DNA from: Candidatus Eiseniibacteriota bacterium
Lineage (GTDB): Bacteria; Eisenbacteria; RBG-16-71-46; SZUA-252
Assembly: GCA_031370645.1 (NCBI GenBank)
Contig: JANMQV010000152.1
Coordinates: 64,001 to 128,000 of the forward strand
DNA length: 64,000 nt
Direction of reading: 5' to 3'
Shown here: piece by piece, positions 37,570-47,249 of the stretch
Layout of the letters: the number at the start of each line of letters is the position of its first letter
Position numbering within the stretch: position 1 is the first letter of the stretch
The notes under the pieces: model-generated
Seen by the model: only the letters and a program-made list of their open reading frames with translations
Told to the model about the DNA's origin: nothing
Databases searched by the model: none
Position numbers and translations under genes: made by a program

Positions 37570-38962
37570 GCAGACGTACAACCTTTTGGTCGTGGACGAC
37601 GAACGCACCCTCCGCTTCACGCTGAAGGAGAGCCTGTCGGAGGAGGGGTATCGCGTCGAGACCGCCGCGGACGTCGCCGAGGCAATGAGCCTCCTCGAGC
37701 GCGAGGAGTTCCACGTGGCGCTCGTCGATCAGAAACTCCCCGACGAGAGCGGCCTTCAGCTCCTGAAGCGGATCAAGACGAAGCGGCCCGAGACGCAAGT
37801 CATCATCATGACCGCATTCGGGAAATTCGCGAATGCCATCGAGGCGGCGCGCGCCGGCTGCTACGACTATGTCGCGAAGCCGTTCGAGCTCGATCACATC
37901 AAGATCGTCATCGGAAACGCGCTCAAGGAGATTCGCCTCAGCGAGGAAGTGGCTCGCTTGCGCGCCGTGGAACGCCGCCGCGCCGGCTCGACGCTCATCG
38001 TCGGCGGCTCGACACGCATGGTCCGCCTCTTCGAGAAACTGAAGAAGGCGGCCTCCACCGGGACCTCCACCGTGCTCCTCCAGGGGGAAACCGGCGTCGG
38101 CAAGGAACTCCTGGCGCGCGAGTTGCACGATCTCGGCCCGACGAGCGACGGCCCGTTCGTGGAGCTCAATTGCAGCGCCGTCCCCGAGAATCTCCTCGAG
38201 AGCGAACTCTTCGGCTACGAGAAGGGCGCCTTCACGGACGCCAAGCGGACGAAGAAGGGGCTCATGGAACTCGCGAACGGCGGGACGCTCTTCTTGGACG
38301 AAATCGGCGAGATGTCGCTCGCGCTCCAGGCGAAGCTGCTCCGCGCGCTCGAGGCGAAGCGCTTCCGCCGCCTTGGCGGCACCACCGACGTGCACGTCGA
38401 CACGCGCATCGTGGCGGCCACGAACAAGGATCTCAAGTCGCTCGTGGCGCAGCAGAAATTCCGCGAGGACCTCTTCTACCGTCTCGACGTCATTCGCATC
38501 GACGTGCCGCCCCTTCGCGAGCGGCCCGAGGACGTTCCGGCGCTCGTCGATCACTTCGTCGCGAACTTCAACCGGGAACTCGGGAAGTCGGTGAAGGGGG
38601 CTACGGACGAAGCGATGGGGCTCATGATGGCGTACCCCTGGAGGGGGAACGTCCGCGAGCTAAAGAACGTCCTCGAGCGCACCATTCTCCTCGAATCGGA
38701 TGAGTGGATCCTTCCCGAGCATCTCCCGTCGGAAATTGTCGGCGTCGGCGGTTCGGGAACGCAGGTGCTGGAGGCCCGCCTCCACACGGAGGGGGGCGTG
38801 ACGACGCTCGCGCAGGCGGAGCGCGTCGCGATCGAGATGGCGCTTTCTCACGCCGGCGGCAACAAGACGCGCGCGGCCGAGGCGCTCGGCATCTCGCGCC
38901 AGACGCTTCGGACGAAGTTGAAGGAGTATCGGATCGAGGGCCCCGCCGGCCATGCCGGCTGA
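37541..38962 (+). CDS. Sigma54-dependent response regulator (REC-AAA+-Fis HTH)
   Basis: VVDDE, GETGVGKE, ESELFGYEKGAFTDA, FLDEIGE, WRGNVREL, AAEALGISR. Confidence 0.95.
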   Translation: METDVATLVRQTYNLLVVDDERTLRFTLKESLSEEGYRVETAADVAEAMSLLEREEFHVALVDQKLPDESGLQLLKRIKTKRPETQVIIMTAFGKFANAIEAARAGCYDYVAKPFELDHIKIVIGNALKEIRLSEEVARLRAVERRRAGSTLIVGGSTRMVRLFEKLKKAASTGTSTVLLQGETGVGKELLARELHDLGPTSDGPFVELNCSAVPENLLESELFGYEKGAFTDAKRTKKGLMELANGGTLFLDEIGEMSLALQAKLLRALEAKRFRRLGGTTDVHVDTRIVAATNKDLKSLVAQQKFREDLFYRLDVIRIDVPPLRERPEDVPALVDHFVANFNRELGKSVKGATDEAMGLMMAYPWRGNVRELKNVLERTILLESDEWILPEHLPSEIVGVGGSGTQVLEARLHTEGGVTTLAQAERVAIEMALSHAGGNKTRAAEALGISRQTLRTKLKEYRIEGPAGHAG

Positions 38963-40157
38963 GCCGGCGCCCTCCGCGGCGCCGGCGGACTTCTCGTTGG
39001 AGCGTGGCGGCGCCGTCTCGCCGCGCGCGGGGCTGCTTACGACCGGACACGGCGTCGTTCGCACGCCGGCCTTCATGCCGGTCGGAACGCAGGGGACGGT
39101 GAAGGGGCTCTCCCCGGCCGATCTCCGCGTCTCAGGGACGCAGATCCTCCTCTCGAACACCTATCACCTGATGCTCCGACCTGGTGCGGAGCTGATCCGC
39201 TCGCTTGGCGGGCTCCACCGCTTCATGGGATGGGACGCGCCGATCCTCACTGACAGCGGCGGTTACCAAATCCTGAGTCTCAAGGAGCGCGTGAAGATCA
39301 CCGAGGAGGGCGTGGCGTTCCGCTCTCACCTGGACGGGCGCCCCGAACTCCTCACGCCGGAGCGAGCCATGGAAGTGCAGGCCGATCTCGGCGTCGACAT
39401 CGCGGTGACGCTCGACCACGCGATCTTGTTGCCGGCAACGCCGGAAGCGGTGCGCGACGCCGGGGAGCGGACGATCCGGTGGACCGAGCGCTCCCTCGCC
39501 CACGCGGCCACGCTCGACACGCCGACCGGGCTTCCGCAGCTCCACTTCGCCATCGCGCAGGGAGGGGGCGACCCCGCGCTGCGCGCGGAGATGGCGGAGC
39601 GGACCGCGCGAATGCCCTGCGACGGCTTTTGCATCGGCGGGCTCTCGGTGGGGGAATCGAAAGAGGAGACGTGGACGCTCGCGCGCGCGGCCACGGGCGC
39701 GCTCCCGGTCGACCGGCCGCGCTACCTCATGGGGATGGGCACGCCGCGCGACTTGTTGGATGGAGTCGCCTCGGGTGTCGATCTATTCGACTGTGTGCTC
39801 CCGACGCGGAACGCGCGAAACGGAATGGCCTTCACGCACGACGGCCCGATCAACATTCGAAACGCCGTCCACGCGCGCGATCCGCGGCCGCTCGACACGG
39901 AATGCGGCTGCGAGGCCTGCGTCGAGTTTTCACGCGCCTATTTGCGGCATCTCCACATCGCCGGGGAGATCCTGGCGCACCGTATGCTCACCTTGCACAA
40001 CGTCACGTTTTACCAGACACTCATGGCAGGCGCCCGCGCGGCGATCGAGCGGGGCGCCTACGATGAATTCCACCGCGCGGTGACCGAACGCTACCGCGAG
40101 CGCGCCGGGGCCGACGAGCCACCCGCGCGCGATACCCACGCAGGAGATTCCGAATGA
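38952..40157 (+). CDS. tgt: tRNA-guanine transglycosylase
   Basis: TPAFMPVGT, DSGGYQ, PRYLMG, FDCVLPTR, CGCEAC. Confidence 0.96.
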   Translation: MPAEPAPSAAPADFSLERGGAVSPRAGLLTTGHGVVRTPAFMPVGTQGTVKGLSPADLRVSGTQILLSNTYHLMLRPGAELIRSLGGLHRFMGWDAPILTDSGGYQILSLKERVKITEEGVAFRSHLDGRPELLTPERAMEVQADLGVDIAVTLDHAILLPATPEAVRDAGERTIRWTERSLAHAATLDTPTGLPQLHFAIAQGGGDPALRAEMAERTARMPCDGFCIGGLSVGESKEETWTLARAATGALPVDRPRYLMGMGTPRDLLDGVASGVDLFDCVLPTRNARNGMAFTHDGPINIRNAVHARDPRPLDTECGCEACVEFSRAYLRHLHIAGEILAHRMLTLHNVTFYQTLMAGARAAIERGAYDEFHRAVTERYRERAGADEPPARDTHAGDSE

Positions 40158-40474
40158 TCGAAGCCGTCTACGCCCAGGCGGCCGCCCCGGCGGCGCCCTC
40201 GGCGCAGGAGCAGATGCTGCATATGGTCGTGATCCTCGCCATCACGGTGGGGATTTTCTACTTCATGATCATCCGGCCCCAGCAGAAGCGGCAGAAGGAG
40301 ACCGAGTCCATGCTTGCCGCCATCAAGAAGGGGGACCGGGTGCTCACCACCGGAGGCATCTACGGCACCGTCGTCGGAACGAAGGACGACGTCGTGGTCC
40401 TGAAGGTGACCGAGGAGGTGAAGTTGGAATTTTCACGCGCGAGTATCGTGCAGGTGAAGGAGCGCGGTGAGTAG
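40154..40474 (+). CDS. yajC: Preprotein translocase subunit YajC
   Basis: FYFMIIRPQQKRQK, KGDRVLTTGGIYG. Confidence 0.96.
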   Translation: MIEAVYAQAAAPAAPSAQEQMLHMVVILAITVGIFYFMIIRPQQKRQKETESMLAAIKKGDRVLTTGGIYGTVVGTKDDVVVLKVTEEVKLEFSRASIVQVKERGE

Positions 40475-41045
40475 AGAGCCGCTCCCGCTTCGCTTTCTCG
40501 GCGATCCCGTTCTTCGCCGGAAGGCCGAAGCGATCCCCGAGGTGACGCTCGAGATCCGCGATCTCATCGAGGCGCTGTTCGCCACGATGTACTTCGAGGA
40601 GGGTGTCGGCCTTGCGGCGCCTCAGGTCGGGCGATCGGTCCGCCTCTTTGTCATCGACGTGGAGCCGGAGGAGGAGGGGGGCGCCCGCGTGAAGCAGGCA
40701 TTCGTGAACCCCGTCATCCGCGAGCGCTCCGGTGAAATGGTCGGCGAGGAGGGATGTCTTTCGATCCCCGGGCTCCGCGCCGACGTGAAACGCGCCGCGC
40801 GCGTCGTCATGGAGGCGCTCGACGCCGACGGGAAGCCGGTCCGCATCGAAGCGGAGGGGATCGTGGCCCGCGCGCTCCAGCACGAACTGGATCACCTCGA
40901 CGGCATCGTCTTCCTCGATCGCCTTGGCCCGATCACGCGCCGCCTCCTCGAAGCGAAGTGGAAGCGCGTGCGGCCCGACGTCGAATCCGACCGCGCCTCC
41001 CGCTCCACCGACGACGGCGCCTCGGGAGCCGCGCCGTCCCGCTGA
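40467..41045 (+). CDS. def: Peptide deformylase
   Basis: GVGLAAPQ, EGCLS, QHELDHLDG. Confidence 0.97.
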   Translation: MSREPLPLRFLGDPVLRRKAEAIPEVTLEIRDLIEALFATMYFEEGVGLAAPQVGRSVRLFVIDVEPEEEGGARVKQAFVNPVIRERSGEMVGEEGCLSIPGLRADVKRAARVVMEALDADGKPVRIEAEGIVARALQHELDHLDGIVFLDRLGPITRRLLEAKWKRVRPDVESDRASRSTDDGASGAAPSR

Positions 41046-41053
41046 GGGGCGCC

Positions 41054-42055
41054 ATGCGCCTCGTCTATTACGGCACGCCGGAACACGCCGTGCCACCGCT
41101 CCGCCGCCTTGTCGCCGATGGTGTGGCTCCGCTCCTCGTGGTCACGCGCCGCGACAAGCCGAAGGGCCGCGGACTCACACTCTCCCCTTCGCCCGTTCGC
41201 GCCGCCGCCGAATCGCTCGGCATTCCGGTCGTCACGCCCGATCGCGCCAGCGCCGAGGAGGAAGTGGAACGCGTGCGCTCGTTCTCGCCCGATCTTCTGG
41301 TGGTCGTCGCCTACGGACAGATTCTGAGCCCTGCGCTTTTGGCGGTGCCGCGGCTCGGGGCCTTGAACGTTCACTTCTCGCTCTTGCCGCGCCATCGCGG
41401 TGCCGCGCCGATCCAGGCGGCCATCCTGGCGGGAGACGAGGAGACCGGCGTCAGCACCATGTGGATGACCGAGGGTCTCGACGAGGGGCCGGTATTTCTC
41501 GAACGTGCCACGCCGATCGCCTCCGGCGAGAACGCGGCGATGTTGGGGAATCGATTGGCGGAGATGGGAGCGGAGTTGCTGGCGGAGTCGCTTGCGTTGT
41601 CGGCGCGCGGCGTGGTGACGCGGCGCGCGCAGGATCACGCGAGGGCCACGTACGCTCCGAAGTTGAAAACCTCCGATGCTCGTCTCGCGGTGAGCGGTTC
41701 CTCGGACGACCTGGAGCGTCGCGTGCGCGCCTACACGCCGGAGCCTGGCGCTTGGCTCGATCTGGGGTCGGGGAGGCTCGTCGTCCTGGCCGCGACCGCG
41801 GACCCGGCCGCAGCGACGACCGGTGCGGGTGTCGTCGCCGCGCCGCCCGGTACGGCCGCCGTCGCCGCGCCGCCCGCCGGAACCGTGATCGCCATCGACC
41901 GCGCGCGCGGGTTGGGTGTCGCCTGCGGCCACGGCACGCTCTGGCTCTCGAGAGTCCGCCCCGCGGGGCGGAAGGAAATGTCGGGCGCCGACTACGCGAA
42001 CGGCGCGCGGCTTCAGCCCGGCTCGCCCCTCCCGCTTCGCGCGGGGACGGCATGA
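41054..42055 (+). CDS. fmt: Methionyl-tRNA formyltransferase
   Basis: GTPEHA, VVAYG, NVHFSLLPRHRGAAP. Confidence 0.96.
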   Translation: MRLVYYGTPEHAVPPLRRLVADGVAPLLVVTRRDKPKGRGLTLSPSPVRAAAESLGIPVVTPDRASAEEEVERVRSFSPDLLVVVAYGQILSPALLAVPRLGALNVHFSLLPRHRGAAPIQAAILAGDEETGVSTMWMTEGLDEGPVFLERATPIASGENAAMLGNRLAEMGAELLAESLALSARGVVTRRAQDHARATYAPKLKTSDARLAVSGSSDDLERRVRAYTPEPGAWLDLGSGRLVVLAATADPAAATTGAGVVAAPPGTAAVAAPPAGTVIAIDRARGLGVACGHGTLWLSRVRPAGRKEMSGADYANGARLQPGSPLPLRAGTA

Positions 42056-43428
42056 GCGCTCCTCCGCGCCGCACGCCGCCGCGCCGGAGAAAGACTTCTC
42101 CGCGCGAGCTCGCGCTCCAGATTCTCCACGACGCCGAGAGCCGAAGCGCCTACGCCGACCGCCTCCTCGAAACGCGCCTTCGGGCGAACGCGCTCGAGCC
42201 GCGCGACGCCGCATTCGTCACGACCCTCGTGCAGGGAACACTTCGATACCGTGCGCTCCTCGACCATCATCTCGACGCGCTCCTGGGCGCGCGCCAGGAT
42301 GGCATGGCGGGCCTTCCGCTCTGGATTCGCACCGCACTTCGCCTCGGGGCGTATCAGATGCTGGTCCTCACGCGAGTGCCGGCTTCGGCCGCGGTGACGG
42401 AGAGCGTGGAGCTGGCGAAGCAGTACGGCCACCCCGGGACGGCGGGGCTCGTGAACGCGGTGCTCCGGAAACTCGCGTCCGGGGAGCGCGCTCCGCTGCC
42501 TCCGCTCGAAGTCGATCCAGTCGCTCACCTCGCGGTCGCCACGTCGCATCCGCGATGGCTCGTGGAACGATGGGTCGCGCGATGGGGGGTGGAGGAGGCC
42601 GCGCGGCTCCTCCACGCCGACAACGACGAGCCGGCCATCACCGTGCGGCCGAATCTCCACCGGCTCCGCCTGGCGGCCTTCGAGGAGGCGCTCCGCGCGG
42701 AAGGGCACGAATCGATCCCCGGGGCGAATGGCGGGCCCGTTCGTGTCGTCGCCCCCGGCTATGTGCCGAGCCGCTCGCAACTCTTCCGGCAGGGAATGCT
42801 CTGGCTTCAAGACGAAGCGGAGTCGGTGGTGCCGCTCCTTCTCGGCGTGAAGCCGGGGATGCGCGTGCTCGACTACTGCGCGGCACCCGGCGGGAAAGCG
42901 GCGGCGCTGGCCGAGGCCGTGGCGCCGAACGGACTCATCGTCGCCATGGAACGCCACCAGAGCCGAGCGCGCTCCATGCGCGAGAACTTGGCCGAGCGAC
43001 TCCGCATGCCGCGCATCTCCGTCGTCTGCGCCGACGGTGTGCGGCCTCCGTTCGCCGCGCCGTTCGACGCGATCCTCGTCGACGCTCCGTGCAGCGGCCT
43101 GGGCGTCCTTCGCCGTCGCGCGGATGCGCGGTGGCGGAAAGAGGCGCCGATCATCGCGGAGATGGCGGCGCTCCAACGCTCGCTCCTCCACGCTGCCGCG
43201 GCGCTCGTCCGTCGGGGCGGCGTCATGGTGTATAGTGTCTGCTCGTTGGAACCAGAAGAGACCGACGCGACCGTGAAGGAGTTTCTCGACACGCATTCCG
43301 ACTTCGTCCACGAGGACGCGCGTCCGTTCGTGCCGCCGAAATTCCGCGGCGCCGACTCCGCGATCCGGGCGCTTCCCCACATTCACGGGACCGACGGCGT
43401 CTACGCCGTACGGCTCCGACGCGCATGA
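42052..43428 (+). CDS. rsmB: 16S rRNA m5C967 methyltransferase RsmB/Sun
   Basis: NusB-like N-terminus, CAAPGGK, DAPCSGLG, YSVCS. Confidence 0.95.
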   Translation: MSAPPRRTPPRRRKTSPRELALQILHDAESRSAYADRLLETRLRANALEPRDAAFVTTLVQGTLRYRALLDHHLDALLGARQDGMAGLPLWIRTALRLGAYQMLVLTRVPASAAVTESVELAKQYGHPGTAGLVNAVLRKLASGERAPLPPLEVDPVAHLAVATSHPRWLVERWVARWGVEEAARLLHADNDEPAITVRPNLHRLRLAAFEEALRAEGHESIPGANGGPVRVVAPGYVPSRSQLFRQGMLWLQDEAESVVPLLLGVKPGMRVLDYCAAPGGKAAALAEAVAPNGLIVAMERHQSRARSMRENLAERLRMPRISVVCADGVRPPFAAPFDAILVDAPCSGLGVLRRRADARWRKEAPIIAEMAALQRSLLHAAAALVRRGGVMVYSVCSLEPEETDATVKEFLDTHSDFVHEDARPFVPPKFRGADSAIRALPHIHGTDGVYAVRLRRA

Positions 43429-44228
43429 GCGATATCGAGAAAGACAAAGTCTCCATCGACGAGCTGGCCCCCGAAGTCGAAGCGCCGCGGCCGTCCGACC
43501 GCCGGCGCGGCCTCCGTTTCAACCTCATCACCGGCACGCTTCTCCTCTCCGCCATCGCCTTGGCCGGCGGGTTCTTCATCGTAAATCTCGTCCTCATGCC
43601 TTCGTTGACGCGGCAGGGAGAGGAAGTTCGCGTGCCCGACATCGTGGGGCTGAGCGAGCGCGAGGCCGAACGCTCCTTGGGGGGAGGCGATCTTCGCCTG
43701 TCCAAAATCTCCGAGCAATGGAGCCCCGACGTACCGCGCGGCTACGTCTCGCGGCAAGATCCGGAACCGGGCTCGGTGGTGAAGCGCGGACGGCGGATCT
43801 CGGTCGTCGTGAGCCTCGGCGCTCAAGGGACGACGGTGCCGGTCGTGGATGGGGAATCGCTCCAGCGCGCCGAGATCATGCTCGTAGGAGCGGGGCTTCG
43901 CCGCGGACGCACCGCGCGCGTTTACACCGACGAAGCGCCGCGCGATGCGGTCGTCGCGAGCGATCCGCCCGGCGATACCGTAGTTCAGCAGGAGACTACG
44001 GTAGACCTGCTCGTCAGCATGGGACCCTTGCCGCGCGGATATGTCCTTCCCGATCTGACTGGTCGCGAGGTGGTGCCGGTCGCGAGAGCGCTTCGAGACG
44101 AGGGATTCCTCGTGATCACGCGCGCGGGGGGGCCGCGGGAGAGGAGCGGGTTCGTCTCGGCGCAGCAGCCGACGCCGGGCAGCCGCGTGGCGCCGCGCGA
44201 CTCGATCGTTCTCTACGCCAACCCATGA
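43425..44228 (+). CDS. Membrane-anchored three-PASTA-domain protein
   Basis: TM helix, then VPDIVG, VPVVDG, LPDLTG repeats; no kinase domain. Confidence 0.88.
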   Translation: MSDIEKDKVSIDELAPEVEAPRPSDRRRGLRFNLITGTLLLSAIALAGGFFIVNLVLMPSLTRQGEEVRVPDIVGLSEREAERSLGGGDLRLSKISEQWSPDVPRGYVSRQDPEPGSVVKRGRRISVVVSLGAQGTTVPVVDGESLQRAEIMLVGAGLRRGRTARVYTDEAPRDAVVASDPPGDTVVQQETTVDLLVSMGPLPRGYVLPDLTGREVVPVARALRDEGFLVITRAGGPRERSGFVSAQQPTPGSRVAPRDSIVLYANP

Positions 44229-44938
44229 GCGCCGCCGCGAACTGGGCGAAGCCGCCAGAGACGCGGCTCTGCCCCTCGATCCTCTCCGCCGATTTCGCGC
44301 ACCTTGGCGAGCAGATCGCGCTCGTGCAGCGGGCCGGCGCCGATTTTCTCCACGTTGACGTCATGGACGCCCAGTTCGTCCCGAATCTCACGTTCGGGCC
44401 GATCATCGTGGAGGCGTGCCGGAAACTCACCTCGTTGCCGCTCGATGTGCACTTGATGGTGGTCGAGCCGATGCGGTTTCTCGAAGGGTTCGCGCGCGCC
44501 GGGGCGGATCATCTGACGGTGCATCTCGAAGCGGTGACCGATCCCGCGGCCGCGGCTCGGGCGATTCGTGATCGCGGGCTCCGCGCCGGCATTGCCATCA
44601 AGCCGGGGACGCCGATCGAACAGATCCTTCCGGTGTTGGGCGACGTCGATCTCGCGCTGGTGATGACGGTGGAACCTGGCGCGGGCGGGCAGTCGTTCCT
44701 TCCCGACTCGCTACGTCGGATCGCGCGCGTTCGACAGACAATCGCCGCCGGCGATCTCGACTGCTTGCTGCAAGTGGATGGTGGAATCTCCAAGGAAACG
44801 ATCGCCGGCGCCGCGGAGGCGGGCGCCGACACGTTCGTCGCCGGGAATTCCGTCTTCCGCGCTCCCGATCCCGCCAAAGCCCTCCATGAACTCCGCGAGG
44901 CGCTCAAAGCCGCGCCAGGCCGCGCCAAGCGCGCATGA
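44225..44938 (+). CDS. rpe: Ribulose-phosphate 3-epimerase
   Basis: PSILSADF, HVDVMD, DVHLM, VDGG. Confidence 0.96.
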   Translation: MSAAANWAKPPETRLCPSILSADFAHLGEQIALVQRAGADFLHVDVMDAQFVPNLTFGPIIVEACRKLTSLPLDVHLMVVEPMRFLEGFARAGADHLTVHLEAVTDPAAAARAIRDRGLRAGIAIKPGTPIEQILPVLGDVDLALVMTVEPGAGGQSFLPDSLRRIARVRQTIAAGDLDCLLQVDGGISKETIAGAAEAGADTFVAGNSVFRAPDPAKALHELREALKAAPGRAKRA

Positions 44939-45918
44939 ACTTCCTCGTCGTCGGGGGCGCCGGCTACATCGGAAGCGTCGTCTGCGAAGAGCTGGTTCGG
45001 GCGCGGAACTCCGTGATCGTGCTGGACGATCTCTCCACCGGGCACCGCGACGCCGTTCCGGCGTTGGCGTATCTGGTGGAGGGAAGCCTCACGGATGAGG
45101 CTGCGCTGAAGGAGGCGCTGACGGTCAAGGAGATCGACGTCGTCATTCACCTGGCGGCGAAGTCGATCGTCGGCGAGTCGGTGCGTGAGCCCGAGGCCTA
45201 CCAGGAGGCGAACGTCACGAATGGCGTGCGGCTCCTGGATGCCATGCAACGCCACGATGTTCGACGAATCGTCTTCTCTTCGACCGCGGCGGTCTACGAT
45301 CCCGCGGCCGCCATGCCGCTTCGCGAGTCGTCCTCGCTCCGACCACTCAATCCATACGGCGCCACGAAACTCGCGTTCGAGCGCATCTTGTCCGAGCGCG
45401 CGGGGGTCGGTTCGATCTCGCACGTCACGCTCCGCTATTTCAACGTCGCCGGCGCGAGCATCGATCACGGCGAGGACCATCGCGACGAGACGCATCTCAT
45501 TCCGTTGTTGCTCGACGCGGTCCGAGGCGCGCGAGGGCCGGTGCCGGTATATGGAACGGACTATTCCACGCCCGATGGAACGGCTGTCCGCGACTACGTT
45601 CACGTGTTGGATTTAGCGGAGGCTCACGTCCGGGCGGCGAAGTACCTGGCTGCCGATGGCGAGCCGGTCACGCTGAATCTCGGCTCGGAACGGGGCGCCT
45701 CCGTGCGGGAAGTGATCGGCGCCGTGCGCCGCGTGACCGGAAGCGACGTCCCGACCGCGGACGCCGACCGTCGCGAGGGCGATCCGCCGCTCCTCATCGC
45801 CTCGTCCGAATCGGCCCGGCGCGTGTTAGGCTGGAAGCCCCAGTTCGGAGAGCTCGACACCATCGTGGAAACGGCGTGGACCTGGCGCCAACGCTACCCG
45901 GAGGGCTACGAGTCATGA
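44935..45918 (+). CDS. galE: UDP-glucose 4-epimerase
   Basis: GGAGYIGS, YGATK, LRYFN, RDYVHV. Confidence 0.93.
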   Translation: MNFLVVGGAGYIGSVVCEELVRARNSVIVLDDLSTGHRDAVPALAYLVEGSLTDEAALKEALTVKEIDVVIHLAAKSIVGESVREPEAYQEANVTNGVRLLDAMQRHDVRRIVFSSTAAVYDPAAAMPLRESSSLRPLNPYGATKLAFERILSERAGVGSISHVTLRYFNVAGASIDHGEDHRDETHLIPLLLDAVRGARGPVPVYGTDYSTPDGTAVRDYVHVLDLAEAHVRAAKYLAADGEPVTLNLGSERGASVREVIGAVRRVTGSDVPTADADRREGDPPLLIASSESARRVLGWKPQFGELDTIVETAWTWRQRYPEGYES

Positions 45919-46220
45919 GCGAAGACGAACGTCTGGTATCGGTACGACGCGTCCAAGACGAGACGACGGCGACCCTGCTGGTCGATTTTCTCCGCTCGAA
46001 CGGCGTCCCCGCGACGGCCGTGGCGATGCAAATTCCGTGGCTTCCCGGCGTCGAGACGTTCCGCCAGGGATTTTGGGGGCACGTGGAAGTGATGGAGCGC
46101 GACGCCGAGCGCGCGAAGGTGTTGATCGACGATTTCTTCGCCGGCGACGTGCAGGATGAGCCGGGTTTGGAGACGACGACGAACGGCGCCGATCTGACCG
46201 ACGATGAGGAGCGGGAGTGA
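45915..46220 (+). CDS. DUF2007-like small protein
   Basis: LLVDFLRSNGVPA...VEVMERDAERAK pattern. Confidence 0.65.
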   Translation: MSEDERLVSVRRVQDETTATLLVDFLRSNGVPATAVAMQIPWLPGVETFRQGFWGHVEVMERDAERAKVLIDDFFAGDVQDEPGLETTTNGADLTDDEERE

Positions 46221-47242
46221 ATCCGGCTTCCATGGCGACGCGACGGGCTCCCTCGTTCACGCGTAGTGCCTTGGCCGCTCGCGTTGGTGAGTTCCGCGGC
46301 AAACGGGTGCTCGTGATCGGCGACGTGATCCTCGATCGCTACCTCTGGGGGCGCGCCACGCGCGTCTCTCCCGAGGCACCGGTGCTGGTCGTGGATGTCG
46401 ATCGTGAGGAGTTTCGGCTTGGCGGCGCCGCCAACGTGGCACATAACGTGGCATCGCTCGGCGCGAAGCCCGTCTTGTTCGGCGTCTGTGGGACGGATTT
46501 GGCGTCGGGTGCCTTGGCGCGGCTCTTGAGCGAGCGCGGCGTCGATCCCGAAGCGGGCATGATCACCGACGCCTCGCGCCGCACGACCGTGAAGACGCGG
46601 ATCATTGCTCATCACCAGCAGGTGCTCCGGGCCGACGAAGAAACGCGCGACGCCTGCGCCGATTCGACCCGCGCGCGTTTATTGGATCGTATTGTGTCAG
46701 GGCTCGATGGCGCCGATGCCGTGATCGTGTCGGATTACGGCAAGGGCGTCCTGTCCCAGCCCTTATTGGACTCGTTGCTCCCCGAATTGACGCGCCGCGG
46801 TATTCCAACCGCCGTCGATCCCAAAGAAGAGCAGTTCTTCCGCTACAAAGGCGTCACCGTCATCACGCCCAACCTGAGCGAAGCGTCGCAAGCGTGGGGC
46901 CGGCGAATTCGGAGCGAAGTCGAACTCGCTGAGGCGGGGTTCGGTCTTCGCGAGAAGTTGGGTTCGCGTTCGGTTCTGATCACGCGCGGCGAGGACGGCA
47001 TGTCGCTCTTCGACGAGGAAGGGCACACGCACATCCCGACCAAGGCGCGGGAGGTCTACGACGTCACCGGCGCCGGCGACACGGTTGTAGCGACCATGGG
47101 CGTGGCGCTAGCCGCGCGGGCGCCCTTGGCCGAGGCGTGCGTCTTGGCGAATCACGCGGCGGGGCTGGTGGTGGCGCACTTGGGCACGGCCGCCGCGACC
47201 GCCGATGATCTCATCGCTTCGCTGCAAGACTTGGAAGGGTAG
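46217..47242 (+). CDS. rfaE1: Heptose-7-phosphate kinase (RfaE domain I)
   Basis: SPEAPV, GGAANVA, SDYGKG, DVTGAGDT. Confidence 0.92.
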   Translation: MNPASMATRRAPSFTRSALAARVGEFRGKRVLVIGDVILDRYLWGRATRVSPEAPVLVVDVDREEFRLGGAANVAHNVASLGAKPVLFGVCGTDLASGALARLLSERGVDPEAGMITDASRRTTVKTRIIAHHQQVLRADEETRDACADSTRARLLDRIVSGLDGADAVIVSDYGKGVLSQPLLDSLLPELTRRGIPTAVDPKEEQFFRYKGVTVITPNLSEASQAWGRRIRSEVELAEAGFGLREKLGSRSVLITRGEDGMSLFDEEGHTHIPTKAREVYDVTGAGDTVVATMGVALAARAPLAEACVLANHAAGLVVAHLGTAAATADDLIASLQDLEG

Positions 47243-47249
47243 GGGACTC

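Noticed and set aside
41831-41884. Short imperfect duplication in fmt (VAAPPGT/VAAPPAGT)
   Set aside because: In-frame loop expansion with no evident functional meaning.
40924-42051. Apparent 376-aa N-terminal extension of RsmB (similar cases for murF, murD, rpe, fmt)
   Set aside because: Overlaps upstream genes in another frame; downstream starts fit the family N-termini.
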